Assembly: GCA_023245335.1 (NCBI GenBank)
Contig: JAHFKK010000001.1
Location: 936,019-1,000,018 of the forward strand
Direction of reading: 5' to 3'
DNA from: Candidatus Gottesmanbacteria bacterium
GTDB taxonomy: Bacteria; Patescibacteriota; Microgenomatia; UBA10105; UBA927
DNA length: 64,000 nucleotides
Part shown: one piece after another, positions 49,352-58,901 of the stretch
How the letters are laid out: each line of letters starts with the position of its first letter
How positions within the stretch are numbered: the first letter of the stretch is position 1
Notes under the pieces: generated by a model
What the model saw: only the letters and a program-made list of their open reading frames with translations
Told to the model about the DNA's origin: nothing
Database searches by the model: none
Position numbers and translations under genes: made by a program

Positions 49352-50566
49352 CTATGCCGTCTTCTTTGGGTATATTTCTAATGCTTTTTTGAGGAGCTCG
49401 ACACAGCGGGTTATAGCGACAGTATTTAATACGTACGCAATACGCACTTCGTTTTTCCCTTTGCCCGGCGTCGCATAGAACCCGGCAGCCGGAGCTAACA
49501 TGAATGTCTCGTTGTTATCCCGAAAGTCTGTAAGTAACCATTGGCAAAAATGTTCTGCATCATCAATCGGTAATCCGACGATCGTATAAAATGCGCCTTC
49601 TGGTTTGGGGATGACGACACCGGGTATGGCACGAAGCCCTTCATACAAAACGTCACGGCGCTTTTCGAATTCCGCATGTATCGCATCCAAAAACGGTTGC
49701 GGCACTTCCGAAAGTTTGGCGGCGACCAGCTGATCGATAAGTCCGGCCGACAATCTCCCCTGCCCGATATGCAGGACGCCTTGCATAATTTCCGTATTCC
49801 TGGAAACTAATGCACCGATACGCAAACCGCAGACACTATACCGTTTCGACAAACTGTCGAGCATGATCGCCTGATCCGGGATCTCCTCCATATAGGAAAG
49901 AAGCGACGTTTGTTTCCTACCGTCATAGGCATATTCCCTGTAAACCTCATCCGAGAGCAAAAATAATTCATGCTTTTTCACGATACGCACCAGCATCTCC
50001 ATCTCTTCTTTGGTATAGACCGTACCAGTGGGATTATTGGGCGTGCAGATAAGAATTGCTTTGGTTTTGCGGGTGATCATTTTTTCTATTTCCGCCTCTG
50101 CCGGCAAATGAAAGCCCGTATCGGCAGTCGTCAGCACCGGGACAAGTTTGACGCCATGAACGATCGCATAGGAATTATAATTACTGTAAAACGGCTCAAA
50201 TACAATAACTTCGTCAGCGGTGTCGCATGTCGCAAATAGCGCCCACGAAATGGCTTCTGATCCTCCCATGGTCACCTGAATATCTCTCGTCTCAAGAAAT
50301 GAAAAGCCCAAACCGTGATAATAGGAATTAAGTGCCGTAAGAAGCGGAGCCTCCCCGTGAGAATTGGCGTAGCCGATCGGATTCCTATCCCAGGCACGCA
50401 CGGCCTCCATCATGACCTCCGGAGTTTCTATGTCGGGGTCGCCGATATTGAAATGATACACTTTGACACCCTCTTTTTTCGCAGCGTCTGCAAACGGCAC
50501 GAGTTTACGGATGGGTGACGCGGGAACAGTCACCAGACGATCTGATACAGGAAGCGGTTTCATCAT
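49352..50566 (-). CDS. Class I PLP-dependent aminotransferase (AspC-like)
   Basis: PLP-Lys block SLSKRYSVCGLRIGALV, NPTGTVYTKEEM block. Confidence 0.8.
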   Translation of the reverse strand: MMKPLPVSDRLVTVPASPIRKLVPFADAAKKEGVKVYHFNIGDPDIETPEVMMEAVRAWDRNPIGYANSHGEAPLLTALNSYYHGLGFSFLETRDIQVTMGGSEAISWALFATCDTADEVIVFEPFYSNYNSYAIVHGVKLVPVLTTADTGFHLPAEAEIEKMITRKTKAILICTPNNPTGTVYTKEEMEMLVRIVKKHELFLLSDEVYREYAYDGRKQTSLLSYMEEIPDQAIMLDSLSKRYSVCGLRIGALVSRNTEIMQGVLHIGQGRLSAGLIDQLVAAKLSEVPQPFLDAIHAEFEKRRDVLYEGLRAIPGVVIPKPEGAFYTIVGLPIDDAEHFCQWLLTDFRDNNETFMLAPAAGFYATPGKGKNEVRIAYVLNTVAITRCVELLKKALEIYPKKTA

Positions 50567-50627
50567 GTTATTGTATCAAATCAGTCGAGTCCTGTGGAGA
50601 AATCATGCAGATACGCAACAAAACGGA

Positions 50628-51896
50628 TTATGTTCCCTCCTGCCAGCTGGTGAGGTAATGCTTTTGCTCTCGGGTCAGGTGATCTAACTTCACCCCCATC
50701 GCAGCAAGTTTCAGTCGTGCGATTTCGGAATCCATCTTCGGGCTTATGGTATAGACTTTGACCTTAAGATTCCCTTTATTCTTCACAAAAAATTCTGCGG
50801 CGAGCGCCTGATTCGCGAAGCTCATGTCCATGACCTCCGCCGGATGTCCTTCCGCGGCCGCCAAATTGATAAGCCTGCCTTCGCCCAGAATAAATCTGCG
50901 CGTGCCGTCCTTGAGTGTATATTCATCGACAAACGGCCGGATCCTTCGGGTGGATTTGGCTTTTTTCGCAAGTGCTGCGACAGCAATCTCTACGTCAAAA
51001 TGGCCGGAATTTGCCATGACCGCGCCATCTTTCATGCGCAGCATGTGGTCTAGAGATATGACGTTTTTGTCCCCGGTCACTGTGACAAAAATATCACCGG
51101 TTTTGAGGGCGTCCTTAAGCCGCTTGACGGAAAATCCGTCCATGACCGCTTCCAGGGCTTTAATCGGATCTACTTCGACGACAGTGACGTGCGCTCCCAT
51201 TCCTCTCGCCCGTGACGCCAGTCCCCTGCCGCACCATCCATAGCCGCACACCACAAACACTTTACCGGCGAGCAGCATATTGGTCGCCCGCATGATGCCG
51301 TCCAACGTCGACTGTCCGGTGCCGTAGCGATTATCAAACATGTGTTTGGTATTGCTGTCATTGACGGCAAAGACGGGAATTTTGAGGGCTTTATCTTTGG
51401 CCATCGCCTTAAGCCGTATGACTCCCGTCGTCGTCTCTTCATTGGATCCAATAAGTTCTTTTAACTGTCCCGGTCTTTCTTTATGAAGAAGTGAGACGAG
51501 ATCCGCTCCGTCGTCCATAGTGATCATGGGATGCGTATCAAGGACCGCATTGAGGTGTTTGTAATACGTCTTGGTGTCCTCGCCCTTTATAGCGTATGTG
51601 GGTATACCATGGTCTTTGACCAGACTGGCAGCCACATCATCCTGGGTAGAGAGCGGGTTACTGGCGCACAGAGAAATTTCTGCCCCACCGGCTTTCAAAA
51701 CAAGCATGAGGTTGGCAGTTTCTGCAGTGACATGGAGACAAACTCCAAGCCGCATACCTTTCAGGGGTTTTTCTGCAGCGAACCGTTTGCCGATACCTCG
51801 CAATACACCCATCTGATTGCCTGCCCATTCGATCCGGTTCTTCCCGAGGGCCGCCAAGGTCATATCCTTCACATCATGCGAAACAATTTTTGCCAT
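50628..51896 (-). CDS. ahcY: Adenosylhomocysteinase
   Basis: SAHH signature region, NAD-binding [14 protein letters not shown]-terminal dimerisation tail. Confidence 0.9.
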   Translation of the reverse strand: MAKIVSHDVKDMTLAALGKNRIEWAGNQMGVLRGIGKRFAAEKPLKGMRLGVCLHVTAETANLMLVLKAGGAEISLCASNPLSTQDDVAASLVKDHGIPTYAIKGEDTKTYYKHLNAVLDTHPMITMDDGADLVSLLHKERPGQLKELIGSNEETTTGVIRLKAMAKDKALKIPVFAVNDSNTKHMFDNRYGTGQSTLDGIMRATNMLLAGKVFVVCGYGWCGRGLASRARGMGAHVTVVEVDPIKALEAVMDGFSVKRLKDALKTGDIFVTVTGDKNVISLDHMLRMKDGAVMANSGHFDVEIAVAALAKKAKSTRRIRPFVDEYTLKDGTRRFILGEGRLINLAAAEGHPAEVMDMSFANQALAAEFFVKNKGNLKVKVYTISPKMDSEIARLKLAAMGVKLDHLTREQKHYLTSWQEGT

Positions 51897-51963
51897 AGGT
51901 CTCCTTAAATGAATTTAAACATTGTCTGTTATAACAACCCAATTTCATCTAGTCAATAACTGA

Positions 51964-52617
51964 TTATTTTTGCAGACACGCTAATAACTCTTTAAGGGCG
52001 TTGCTTAACTTTATCATGCTGAGGTCAAGTCGCGTAGCAAAACTTGCAACCTCTTCCTTTTCAACGATATCAACAGGACTTTTTAACGCCATAAGTTTTA
52101 TGCCATTCATATAGCAAACTTGAGCGATCGACCCTAATTCCATATCGACAACCGCTGGATGAAACAGCTGATATAACCGGCCTCCTTCTTTTTGATCAGA
52201 AAGAACTTTATCGCCGGTCAAACAAATCCCTTTTTTCCAACTATGATTTCCTCGTATTGTCATAAGAGGTAACTTTATTTTTTCAACTTTGTGTATTCTC
52301 CCCAACGGATACCCTAATTTCGTCTGATCGAGATCATATTGGATGACATGTGTCGGCATAACAATGTCGCCTAAACTAACCTCTTTCATGAATCCGCCGC
52401 TTATCCCGACGTTTATAATCCACTCAGGATTATCATGATCTATAACATACTGCGTGACCGCAGCCGCGTGAACTTTGCCGATATTCGTCTGGACGAGACG
52501 GTATGAGTTTCCTACCCAATCCTTGGTAAATCCATACGATTGTAGCCTTTTGAGGTGAAGATTCTTTGCGAGAGGTTCGGTCTCAAATTCTGCTGCAGCG
52601 AGAACAATTATTTTCAT
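51964..52617 (-). CDS. mtnN: 5'-methylthioadenosine/S-adenosylhomocysteine nucleosidase
   Basis: PNP/UDP-1 fold; VVDMELGSIAQV catalytic block (VDMES-like). Confidence 0.75.
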   Translation of the reverse strand: MKIIVLAAAEFETEPLAKNLHLKRLQSYGFTKDWVGNSYRLVQTNIGKVHAAAVTQYVIDHDNPEWIINVGISGGFMKEVSLGDIVMPTHVIQYDLDQTKLGYPLGRIHKVEKIKLPLMTIRGNHSWKKGICLTGDKVLSDQKEGGRLYQLFHPAVVDMELGSIAQVCYMNGIKLMALKSPVDIVEKEEVASFATRLDLSMIKLSNALKELLACLQK

Positions 52618-52637
52618 GGAGGTATGTGTAGACTGAC

Positions 52638-53225
52638 TTACAAATTCGCGGAATCGGCAGTGAGAGGCAAATATAATTTTACTTCTCCGACGAATCCGTC
52701 TTTGTACGCGACTGCGTTGGGTATGATCCCTGCTTTTTGAAATCCCAGTTTTTCATACACGTGCAGCGCTCTCGGATTATTTTCAAAGCAGGATAACGTG
52801 AGCAATCGTAGCCCGAGAGCTTTCGCCTCGTCAATAAGCGCTTTCATAAGTTCCGTCCCTATGCCTTCATCACGATAGGCAGCTGCTAACGAAAGTCCCA
52901 GATGACCCACATGACTATGCCGATACTTACCCCGATCTGCCCGACCATTACCAGCAAAGGCGCCGTTTACAAATACCGAAATATTGACTGACTCATTTTT
53001 CTCGATACGGTCCAACATCTCGTCAAACCACTTACGTTCCTCTTCTTCTGTCGGAGCAGTTCCCGCAAGTTCTATAAACGTGTCTTCTGACACTAAATCA
53101 CAAGCGAAATTCCATACGCCGGTGAAATCATCCTTCGTCGGGTAACGAAAAACGACATCGTTCCCTTTTTTACTTTTGAATTGTCGCACGACCTTGCCTT
53201 GTTCCATATGGTAATGTGTTAACAC
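52638..53225 (-). CDS. GNAT-family N-acetyltransferase
   Basis: Motif A region RLLTLSCFENNPRALHVYEKLGFQKAG. Confidence 0.75.
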   Translation of the reverse strand: MLTHYHMEQGKVVRQFKSKKGNDVVFRYPTKDDFTGVWNFACDLVSEDTFIELAGTAPTEEEERKWFDEMLDRIEKNESVNISVFVNGAFAGNGRADRGKYRHSHVGHLGLSLAAAYRDEGIGTELMKALIDEAKALGLRLLTLSCFENNPRALHVYEKLGFQKAGIIPNAVAYKDGFVGEVKLYLPLTADSANL

Positions 53226-53242
53226 GCTAATATCTTTCGTGA

Positions 53243-54190
53243 CTACAATTGCGGGCGTTCATCATACGTATCTTTGTATCTTTTCACGAATTCCTTAACA
53301 GTATAGTGATGCGTCACCGTACCGTACTTCTCGACCGTGTATACTGCGGCGACCGCGCCCATCTGGCCGCACGCCTCAAGCGGCAAGCCGCGGACATATC
53401 CGGCAATAAATCCGCCCCGATAGGCGTCACCCGCACCCGTAGGGTCGCTCACCCTTTTGGCTTTGGCAGGCTTCACGTGGATCGCTTCATGTCGGGTCTC
53501 GATAATCGACCCTTTGGCTCCGAGTGTCGTCACCACAGCCTTGGGGCCCATGACGAGTAAGTCTTCGTGCGTGACATCCAGCTTATCCGCAATAAGATCG
53601 ATTTCATAATCATTGCCGATGAGTATCTCCGCGCCCGTTATTCCTTCCCGCAACTCACTAGCTGTAAACGTACCGATCTGAAAGGCCGGATCGTAAAGGT
53701 ACGGGCACGCGAGCTTCTGACATTCCCGCACAAAGTTCTTCATGGCGGTCGGATCCTGCGGTGAAATGACCGCAAACGCCGGATGAACGTCGCTTTTCGT
53801 GACGGAAAGTGATGACGCAAATTTCTGCGCACCGACATAAAACGAACCGATCTGGTTATCGTCCGTATCGGTGACGACGAAATAACAACTGGTCGGCTCT
53901 TTCTCAAACACGGATATGTGCGACACACTGATGGCATGCTTTTTGAGAAACGCCGCATAGGGGGCAAAGTCATTGCCGGCAACGGAGAGAATATCCGGCT
54001 CTACTTCTAGAAGCTTCAGGGAATACGCGATATTGCCGGCTGTGCCGCCGAACTGTTTACTTAAGCGGTCCGCAAGAAAGGAAAGGGATATTTTGTGGAT
54101 ATTATCCGGCATGATCCGGTCTGAAAATCGCCCGGAAAAATCCATGATGTAATCAAACCCAAGAGAACCGGTGACCAAAACGTGCTTCAC
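53243..54190 (-). CDS. PfkB-family carbohydrate/nucleoside kinase
   Basis: C-terminal DPTGAGDAYRGGFIAG signature and N-terminal GG motif. Confidence 0.85.
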   Translation of the reverse strand: MKHVLVTGSLGFDYIMDFSGRFSDRIMPDNIHKISLSFLADRLSKQFGGTAGNIAYSLKLLEVEPDILSVAGNDFAPYAAFLKKHAISVSHISVFEKEPTSCYFVVTDTDDNQIGSFYVGAQKFASSLSVTKSDVHPAFAVISPQDPTAMKNFVRECQKLACPYLYDPAFQIGTFTASELREGITGAEILIGNDYEIDLIADKLDVTHEDLLVMGPKAVVTTLGAKGSIIETRHEAIHVKPAKAKRVSDPTGAGDAYRGGFIAGYVRGLPLEACGQMGAVAAVYTVEKYGTVTHHYTVKEFVKRYKDTYDERPQL

Positions 54191-54191
54191 G

Positions 54192-54458
54192 TTATTGTTG
54201 GAAATTTTTGGATAGCTCGGCGAGTTTCATCGCAGCCGCTTGTTGGGATTTTTTGATAGCTTCGTTTAATCCCTCACGCATATTTTCGTTGGGTACGCCA
54301 TCAATCTCCACCACTTTGACATTCTGATTACCCGTAAGGACGATCCGGACATTTCCTTTGACCACTTCGAATTCCTCCTGCTCAAGGGCGGCTTGGATCT
54401 GCATCGCCTGCTTTCGCATCGCATTGACATCACCTAACGCTTTAAATGGATTAAACAT
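54192..54458 (-). CDS. YbaB/EbfC nucleoid-associated protein
   Basis: MFNPFKALGDVNAMRKQAMQIQAALEQEEFEV...; conserved dnaX-ybaB order. Confidence 0.85.
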   Translation of the reverse strand: MFNPFKALGDVNAMRKQAMQIQAALEQEEFEVVKGNVRIVLTGNQNVKVVEIDGVPNENMREGLNEAIKKSQQAAAMKLAELSKNFQQ

Positions 54459-54541
54459 ACAATATCCTTTCTGTCATTGCGATAAACGTTCGTTTTGAAG
54501 CAATCCCGATGGAATCGCCGCACTTCGTTCGCGATGACGGA

Positions 54542-55957
54542 TCATTTCTTTCCTAATACTATCTCAATTTTTACCTTTTCGCCAAATAATTTTTTGAGGA
54601 CATCCCCGAGCACTTGTTTCGTGTGCACTTCTGCAAGTTTTTCCTGATGAAACTTATAGAACGCTTCGATGGTTACTATACCACCTTCCACTGCCTTGGG
54701 TCTAGAGGAACGGAGGACTCCTGCGACCGAGTGGTTATAGGGCTTGGTCGCGACGATAAAATCAGGCCAATGCTCAACGAGCTTCTCAAACGTCAATAAT
54801 CCCAAAGACGGAACGGGCGGATCTCCTCCCGCAACGGCCGGAGGAGCAGAATGAACGACCGGTGCGGGATCCGGCGCTTTCTCTTTGACTACCGGCTTGG
54901 GCTCGACCGGCGGATCCTCCACTATCACCACTCGTTCGGTACAAAACTCTATGATTGCAACTGTTACCGGAAGTTTCGGGACGGGGCTTAAACGCAGTTC
55001 GGTATATGCCCTCATGAAAACGCTGATGGCGTGATTTGCTTCCGAGGATGTCCACCCGGCCTCTTCCGATCCTGTCGCTGCGGCAACTAGTTTCTGTTCC
55101 AAGTCTCCTAAAATATCAACGAGGAACGCTTTCATGTCACGCCCGTCATCCTGCATTGTATCGACGTCGTGGAGTGCGGCTTTCGTATCATGAGTAAGAA
55201 GGTGGGATAAAAACGCCCCTCGCTCGGTCGCGTCCGAGAGGGATAATGTCTTCCCGACCGTAGCTGACGTAATATCCCCTTTGGTGAAGCTCACCTGCTC
55301 GAGGTATTTCACGGCATCCCGAAAGGATCCATCGGCATTTTTTGCGATACGCGAAAGAGCTTCCGCATCGATCGTGATCTTCTCCGCTTTTGCTATACGC
55401 GAAAGCGCATGGAGTAATTCCTCCGATGTCGCTTTGCCGAATGATATGATCATGCACCGGGATTGTATGGTCGATGGCACTTTCTCGCGATCCGTGGTCG
55501 CTAAGACAAACACGGCGTGCGCGGGGGGCTCTTCGAGCGTTTTCAGGAGTGCGTTAAATGCTTCGGTCGTCAGCATGTGAACCTCGTCTATGATATACAC
55601 GGTGTATGGAGAAGATACGGGCGTAAATCCGATGCGGTCCCGAAGCTGACGGATTTCATCAATGCCGCGGTTACTCGCTGCATCCATCTCTATGACGTCA
55701 AGACTCGTGCCGCTTGCGACCGCCCGACACTGTTCGCAATTTCCGCATGGACCGTGCTTCGTCGGCTTCTCGCAGTTAAAAAGTTTTGCGATTACTCTCG
55801 CGGCTGTCGTCTTCCCCGCCCCCTTGGGGCCGGTAAAAAGATATGCATGAGGTAGTTCTTTTTTTTCTTTGTGGAGAAGCGCGAGTAATTGCTCTCGAAC
55901 GACGGCGTTATCTATATCTTCGATAACCTGCGGGCGATACGTGCGGTAAAAGGACAT
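54542..55957 (-). CDS. dnaX: DNA polymerase III subunit gamma/tau
   Basis: MSFYRTYRPQ start, Walker A GPKGAGKTT, zinc module CGNCEQC, SRC sensor motif. Confidence 0.9.
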   Translation of the reverse strand: MSFYRTYRPQVIEDIDNAVVREQLLALLHKEKKELPHAYLFTGPKGAGKTTAARVIAKLFNCEKPTKHGPCGNCEQCRAVASGTSLDVIEMDAASNRGIDEIRQLRDRIGFTPVSSPYTVYIIDEVHMLTTEAFNALLKTLEEPPAHAVFVLATTDREKVPSTIQSRCMIISFGKATSEELLHALSRIAKAEKITIDAEALSRIAKNADGSFRDAVKYLEQVSFTKGDITSATVGKTLSLSDATERGAFLSHLLTHDTKAALHDVDTMQDDGRDMKAFLVDILGDLEQKLVAAATGSEEAGWTSSEANHAISVFMRAYTELRLSPVPKLPVTVAIIEFCTERVVIVEDPPVEPKPVVKEKAPDPAPVVHSAPPAVAGGDPPVPSLGLLTFEKLVEHWPDFIVATKPYNHSVAGVLRSSRPKAVEGGIVTIEAFYKFHQEKLAEVHTKQVLGDVLKKLFGEKVKIEIVLGKK

Positions 55958-56006
55958 AGGCCAATCTTAAATCGAAAATGCTAAAACGAAAAGCTATCAA
56001 TTTATA

Positions 56007-56402
56007 TTATTCCGGATGATGGATCCCCAAGAGATGATTAATCCCGTGCTCAATAAGCTCAATGATTTTGTCATCGACGAGTTTATTCTCATCTGTCGCC
56101 TCCAGTACCGCCTGCGGGTAAGACACGACGACGTCGCCTAAGCGGAGTATCCCATCAGGCACCTCTACGAACGGAGCTGCGGGCTGAGAAGGATCGTTCT
56201 GGGGAAATGATAAAACATCGGTCGTCGCGTCTAGTTTACGATAGGTGAGATTTAATTCCTGCATCCTCCGGTCTCCGACAATCGAAATACTAACCTCAGT
56301 CTTACTCTTCACGCGCGTGGAAAGATAGGAAATAACTGCATCTTTGATTTTTTGAGTGGTGACCGGAAAGTGGGATTCTGTGTGAAATAAAACGGTGATC
56401 AT
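56007..56402 (-). CDS. ybeY: rRNA maturation endoribonuclease YbeY
   Basis: HGINHLLGIHH zinc-binding H-x-x-x-H...H motif. Confidence 0.85.
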   Translation of the reverse strand: MITVLFHTESHFPVTTQKIKDAVISYLSTRVKSKTEVSISIVGDRRMQELNLTYRKLDATTDVLSFPQNDPSQPAAPFVEVPDGILRLGDVVVSYPQAVLEATDENKLVDDKIIELIEHGINHLLGIHHPE

Positions 56403-56404
56403 TC

Positions 56405-56857
56405 TTATTGAGTTTTGGCAGTCATGAGTGACTTCAGTATTCCTGACACGCGCCCTCCATCGGCTTGGTCCTTCACGGCGGCCATCGCTTTACCCATCAT
56501 GGGACCGAACTCGCCGCCCCCGGCTACTACAGGCGCAAGTATTGCTTTAAGTTTCTCATCAGAAAGTTGTTTGGGTACGTACGACTCCAGAATCGTAAGC
56601 TGTGCCTTTTCTTTAGCGGCAAGTTCTGTACGCCCGACCTTCTCAAATGCCTCAACGGATTCTTTGTGGGTTTTGACCTGTTTTTTGATGACGTCTAAGA
56701 CATCCGCATCGGTGACTTTTGTATCCGCATCGATACCGTATTTGGCAATCGCTACGTTTTTAACTGCAGAAATGAGAAACCGCAACGTATCGACGGTCAT
56801 GGCGTCATGCCGTTTCATCGCGTCAGTGACGGTTTGCTGTAGCATTTGAAGCATCAT
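56405..56857 (-). CDS. GatB/YqeY domain protein
   Basis: Full-length match to the YqeY helical domain. Confidence 0.8.
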   Translation of the reverse strand: MMLQMLQQTVTDAMKRHDAMTVDTLRFLISAVKNVAIAKYGIDADTKVTDADVLDVIKKQVKTHKESVEAFEKVGRTELAAKEKAQLTILESYVPKQLSDEKLKAILAPVVAGGGEFGPMMGKAMAAVKDQADGGRVSGILKSLMTAKTQ

Positions 56858-56863
56858 AAAGCG

Positions 56864-57064
56864 TTATGAGTTATTACGCATTTTTCGTGCGTGACGCAAT
56901 CTGCGTTTCAATTCTTTTTTCTGCTCTTTGCGCCTCTCGGCGGGTTTGACGTAAAATTCACGCTTTTTGAGGTCCTGTAAAATTCCCTCGTTGAGAACTT
57001 TGCGCATAAATTTACGGATAAGTGCATCTGATGTATCTCCTGGTTGTGCTTTGACGAATACCAT
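56864..57064 (-). CDS. rpsU: 30S ribosomal protein S21
   Basis: MVFVKAQPGDTSDALIRKFMRKV...KPAERRKEQKKELKRRLRHARK. Confidence 0.85.
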   Translation of the reverse strand: MVFVKAQPGDTSDALIRKFMRKVLNEGILQDLKKREFYVKPAERRKEQKKELKRRLRHARKMRNNS

Positions 57065-57206
57065 AAATGAAAAAACACCGCCTTTCTTAGAAAGAGTTTC
57101 CCGATATACAATCGGGATTACTCTTTCTTAGACCCGCCGCTCAACCGCTCTTTGTGCCGTCTACGAATAGTAGTGAAAAGGCACAAAGTAAGGTTAGGCG
57201 GGTAAT
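57065..57206 (-). promoter_or_regulatory. Highly structured leader upstream of rpsU (two long hairpins)
   Basis: Minus strand: CCCGCC..CTTTGTGCC(21 nt)GGCACAAAG..GGCGGG nested hairpin, then an approximately 20-bp-arm imperfect palindrome TCTAAGAAAGAGTAATCCCGAT-TGTATA-ATCGGGAAACTCTTTCTAAGA. Confidence 0.3.
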
Positions 57207-57626
57207 CTATCTCATCTTTTCTTTGATCTTTTCTGCTATCCCGGCGAAATCTTTATTCGTGAGTTTTCTTGCCGGAAGTGACTGTATTATACCACCTCCA
57301 TCGCCCTCATAGCGAGGCAGAATATGGACGTGAAGGTGCTTCACCCCCTGCGGCTCCCCGTGGTTAATACCGATGGAAAGAATCTTTGTCTTATAGGCTT
57401 TTTCGGCGGCGGCGGCGACCTTTTGGACGCTTCTCATAAGCAGCCCCAGTTCTTTCGGCGTATAGTCCAGTATCGTCTCACCGTGCTTTTTGAGGATAAC
57501 CATGGTGTGTCCGTCGGTTGCTCCGAATATGTCTAAGAATGCCCTGGTGTCCGCATCCTCATAGACCGTGTAAGAAGGAATTTCATTGGCAACCAATTTA
57601 CAAAATATGCAGTCGCTCATACGCAT
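57207..57626 (-). CDS. HIT-family nucleotide hydrolase/transferase
   Basis: Histidine triad GVKHLHVHILP; zinc-finger-like CxxC at the N-terminus. Confidence 0.85.
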   Translation of the reverse strand: MRMSDCIFCKLVANEIPSYTVYEDADTRAFLDIFGATDGHTMVILKKHGETILDYTPKELGLLMRSVQKVAAAAEKAYKTKILSIGINHGEPQGVKHLHVHILPRYEGDGGGIIQSLPARKLTNKDFAGIAEKIKEKMR

Positions 57627-58447
57627 ACCTCCTTTATGACATCGACGATTTCCGAAAGGTTACGTTTCGATGGTTTCATATCGGGATTTTTGGCACTGCC
57701 GTTTAGAATCATGTGACGTGAGGCATGGAGGAACCACGTGGCGTACGGTTCGTCCTTTTTCAGTCGCTCATATAATTTGGTGAGATCAATCTCTTCTTTG
57801 GGAAGCGTTTTAATCCGAAGATATCCTTTCTTAGGATCCTTCCGGATGACGAGTGCAAATCCCCGCTTCTGTGCCTGATGAATGACTTCATCGTTGACCG
57901 TTTCAAATGCCGCGCCTTTCCCCCACTTGGTTTCAAAGACCGCCGCGTTTTCCAATTCTTTCTCCGCCCAAATCTTATTGAGCATGACTTTATATATGCC
58001 ATCCAGAGACTGGAATCCGAGTTCCATAATCTTCACCGGATTATCGGAAAACAAAAGCCGCCAGCCGTCGATCTGGGCGACCATACCGAAGTCCCAAAAG
58101 TCCGCTGCCGGATTCGGGAAAAATACTTCCCGGAAGTGATCGATTTCATTGACGACCGCGATCATCCGCTCAAGTGCAGGATCCGGGCCATGCATACGTT
58201 TGGCTTCCTCATACACAAGCATAGAGGCACAGGTGTCCGCATCCGACTGATGATGGTCGAATTTCCCGAAGCCCGTATCGGTATGCAGGATTTCCGGGTC
58301 GCTGTCGGGATCCATTTTATTGAGTGTCGTCCCCGCCGGCACAAATGCAAGCATCGCCTCCTCCCATCCCGGCCAAAACGTCTTCACGATCCAGGCACTG
58401 GTTATCGCATCAAGATCCGGACCGATATGGACGACTATAGTTTTCAT
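57617..58447 (-). CDS. DHH-family phosphoesterase-like protein
   Basis: Motif I HIGPDLDAITSA and motif III GFGKFDHHQ. Confidence 0.6.
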   Translation of the reverse strand: MKTIVVHIGPDLDAITSAWIVKTFWPGWEEAMLAFVPAGTTLNKMDPDSDPEILHTDTGFGKFDHHQSDADTCASMLVYEEAKRMHGPDPALERMIAVVNEIDHFREVFFPNPAADFWDFGMVAQIDGWRLLFSDNPVKIMELGFQSLDGIYKVMLNKIWAEKELENAAVFETKWGKGAAFETVNDEVIHQAQKRGFALVIRKDPKKGYLRIKTLPKEEIDLTKLYERLKKDEPYATWFLHASRHMILNGSAKNPDMKPSKRNLSEIVDVIKEVCV

Positions 58448-58525
58448 ACCATGTAGTATACCATGTGAAAAAGCGACTGAGTGATATTCTCAGAAAGAAA
58501 TCAATGAGGATCAACCTACGCCGAA

Positions 58526-58816
58526 TCAAGGAAGCTTATTCGTTAACTCATCCAGTTTTGTAAGGACTTCCCATGCATGAACCTGGATAGCCTCCTTCGA
58601 GGTATTTCGCTTCGCACTTAAATTTGCACGCCTGCCTCTCATCAACGCCTGTCCGAAGTTCCCCCATGATCGGTCTACCTGTACCCCGACGGATTTCAGA
58701 TCTAGACCCTCTGCCCTCGACACATCAACCTTTGCACTCCCAACCACTACAAGAACTGCTCTTGTATGATCCGGAAACGGTAATTTCTTCAAAACTTCCA
58801 GTGCGCTTTGAGCCAT
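58526..58816 (-). CDS. Hypothetical small protein
   Basis: 96-aa ORF with no motif in an otherwise non-coding 450-bp gap. Confidence 0.25.
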   Translation of the reverse strand: MAQSALEVLKKLPFPDHTRAVLVVVGSAKVDVSRAEGLDLKSVGVQVDRSWGNFGQALMRGRRANLSAKRNTSKEAIQVHAWEVLTKLDELTNKLP

Positions 58817-58901
58817 AGATATCCTTTCGGGGCAGAATGACGACTACAATTGGCATCTTTATAACTCCCCGTAAGAAAAAAGTCAATAAAATATAGGTCT
58901 G

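Noticed and set aside
54459-56006. SRP (4.5S) RNA expected next to dnaX
   Set aside because: Flanking gaps (54459-54541 and 55958-56006) are too short and lack the conserved domain IV GGAA/AGCAGCC-type motif.
57878-58456. 192-aa plus-strand ORF antisense to the DHH gene
   Set aside because: Antisense shadow ORF; the DHH motifs are on the minus-strand frame.
58448-58901. Structured ncRNA (RNase P, tmRNA or 6S) in the 450-bp low-density gap
   Set aside because: No recognisable conserved motifs (no tRNA-like 3' end with GGUUCGA...CCA, no RNase P P4 sequence). Region contains a plausible 96-aa ORF instead; left as low-confidence hypothetical.
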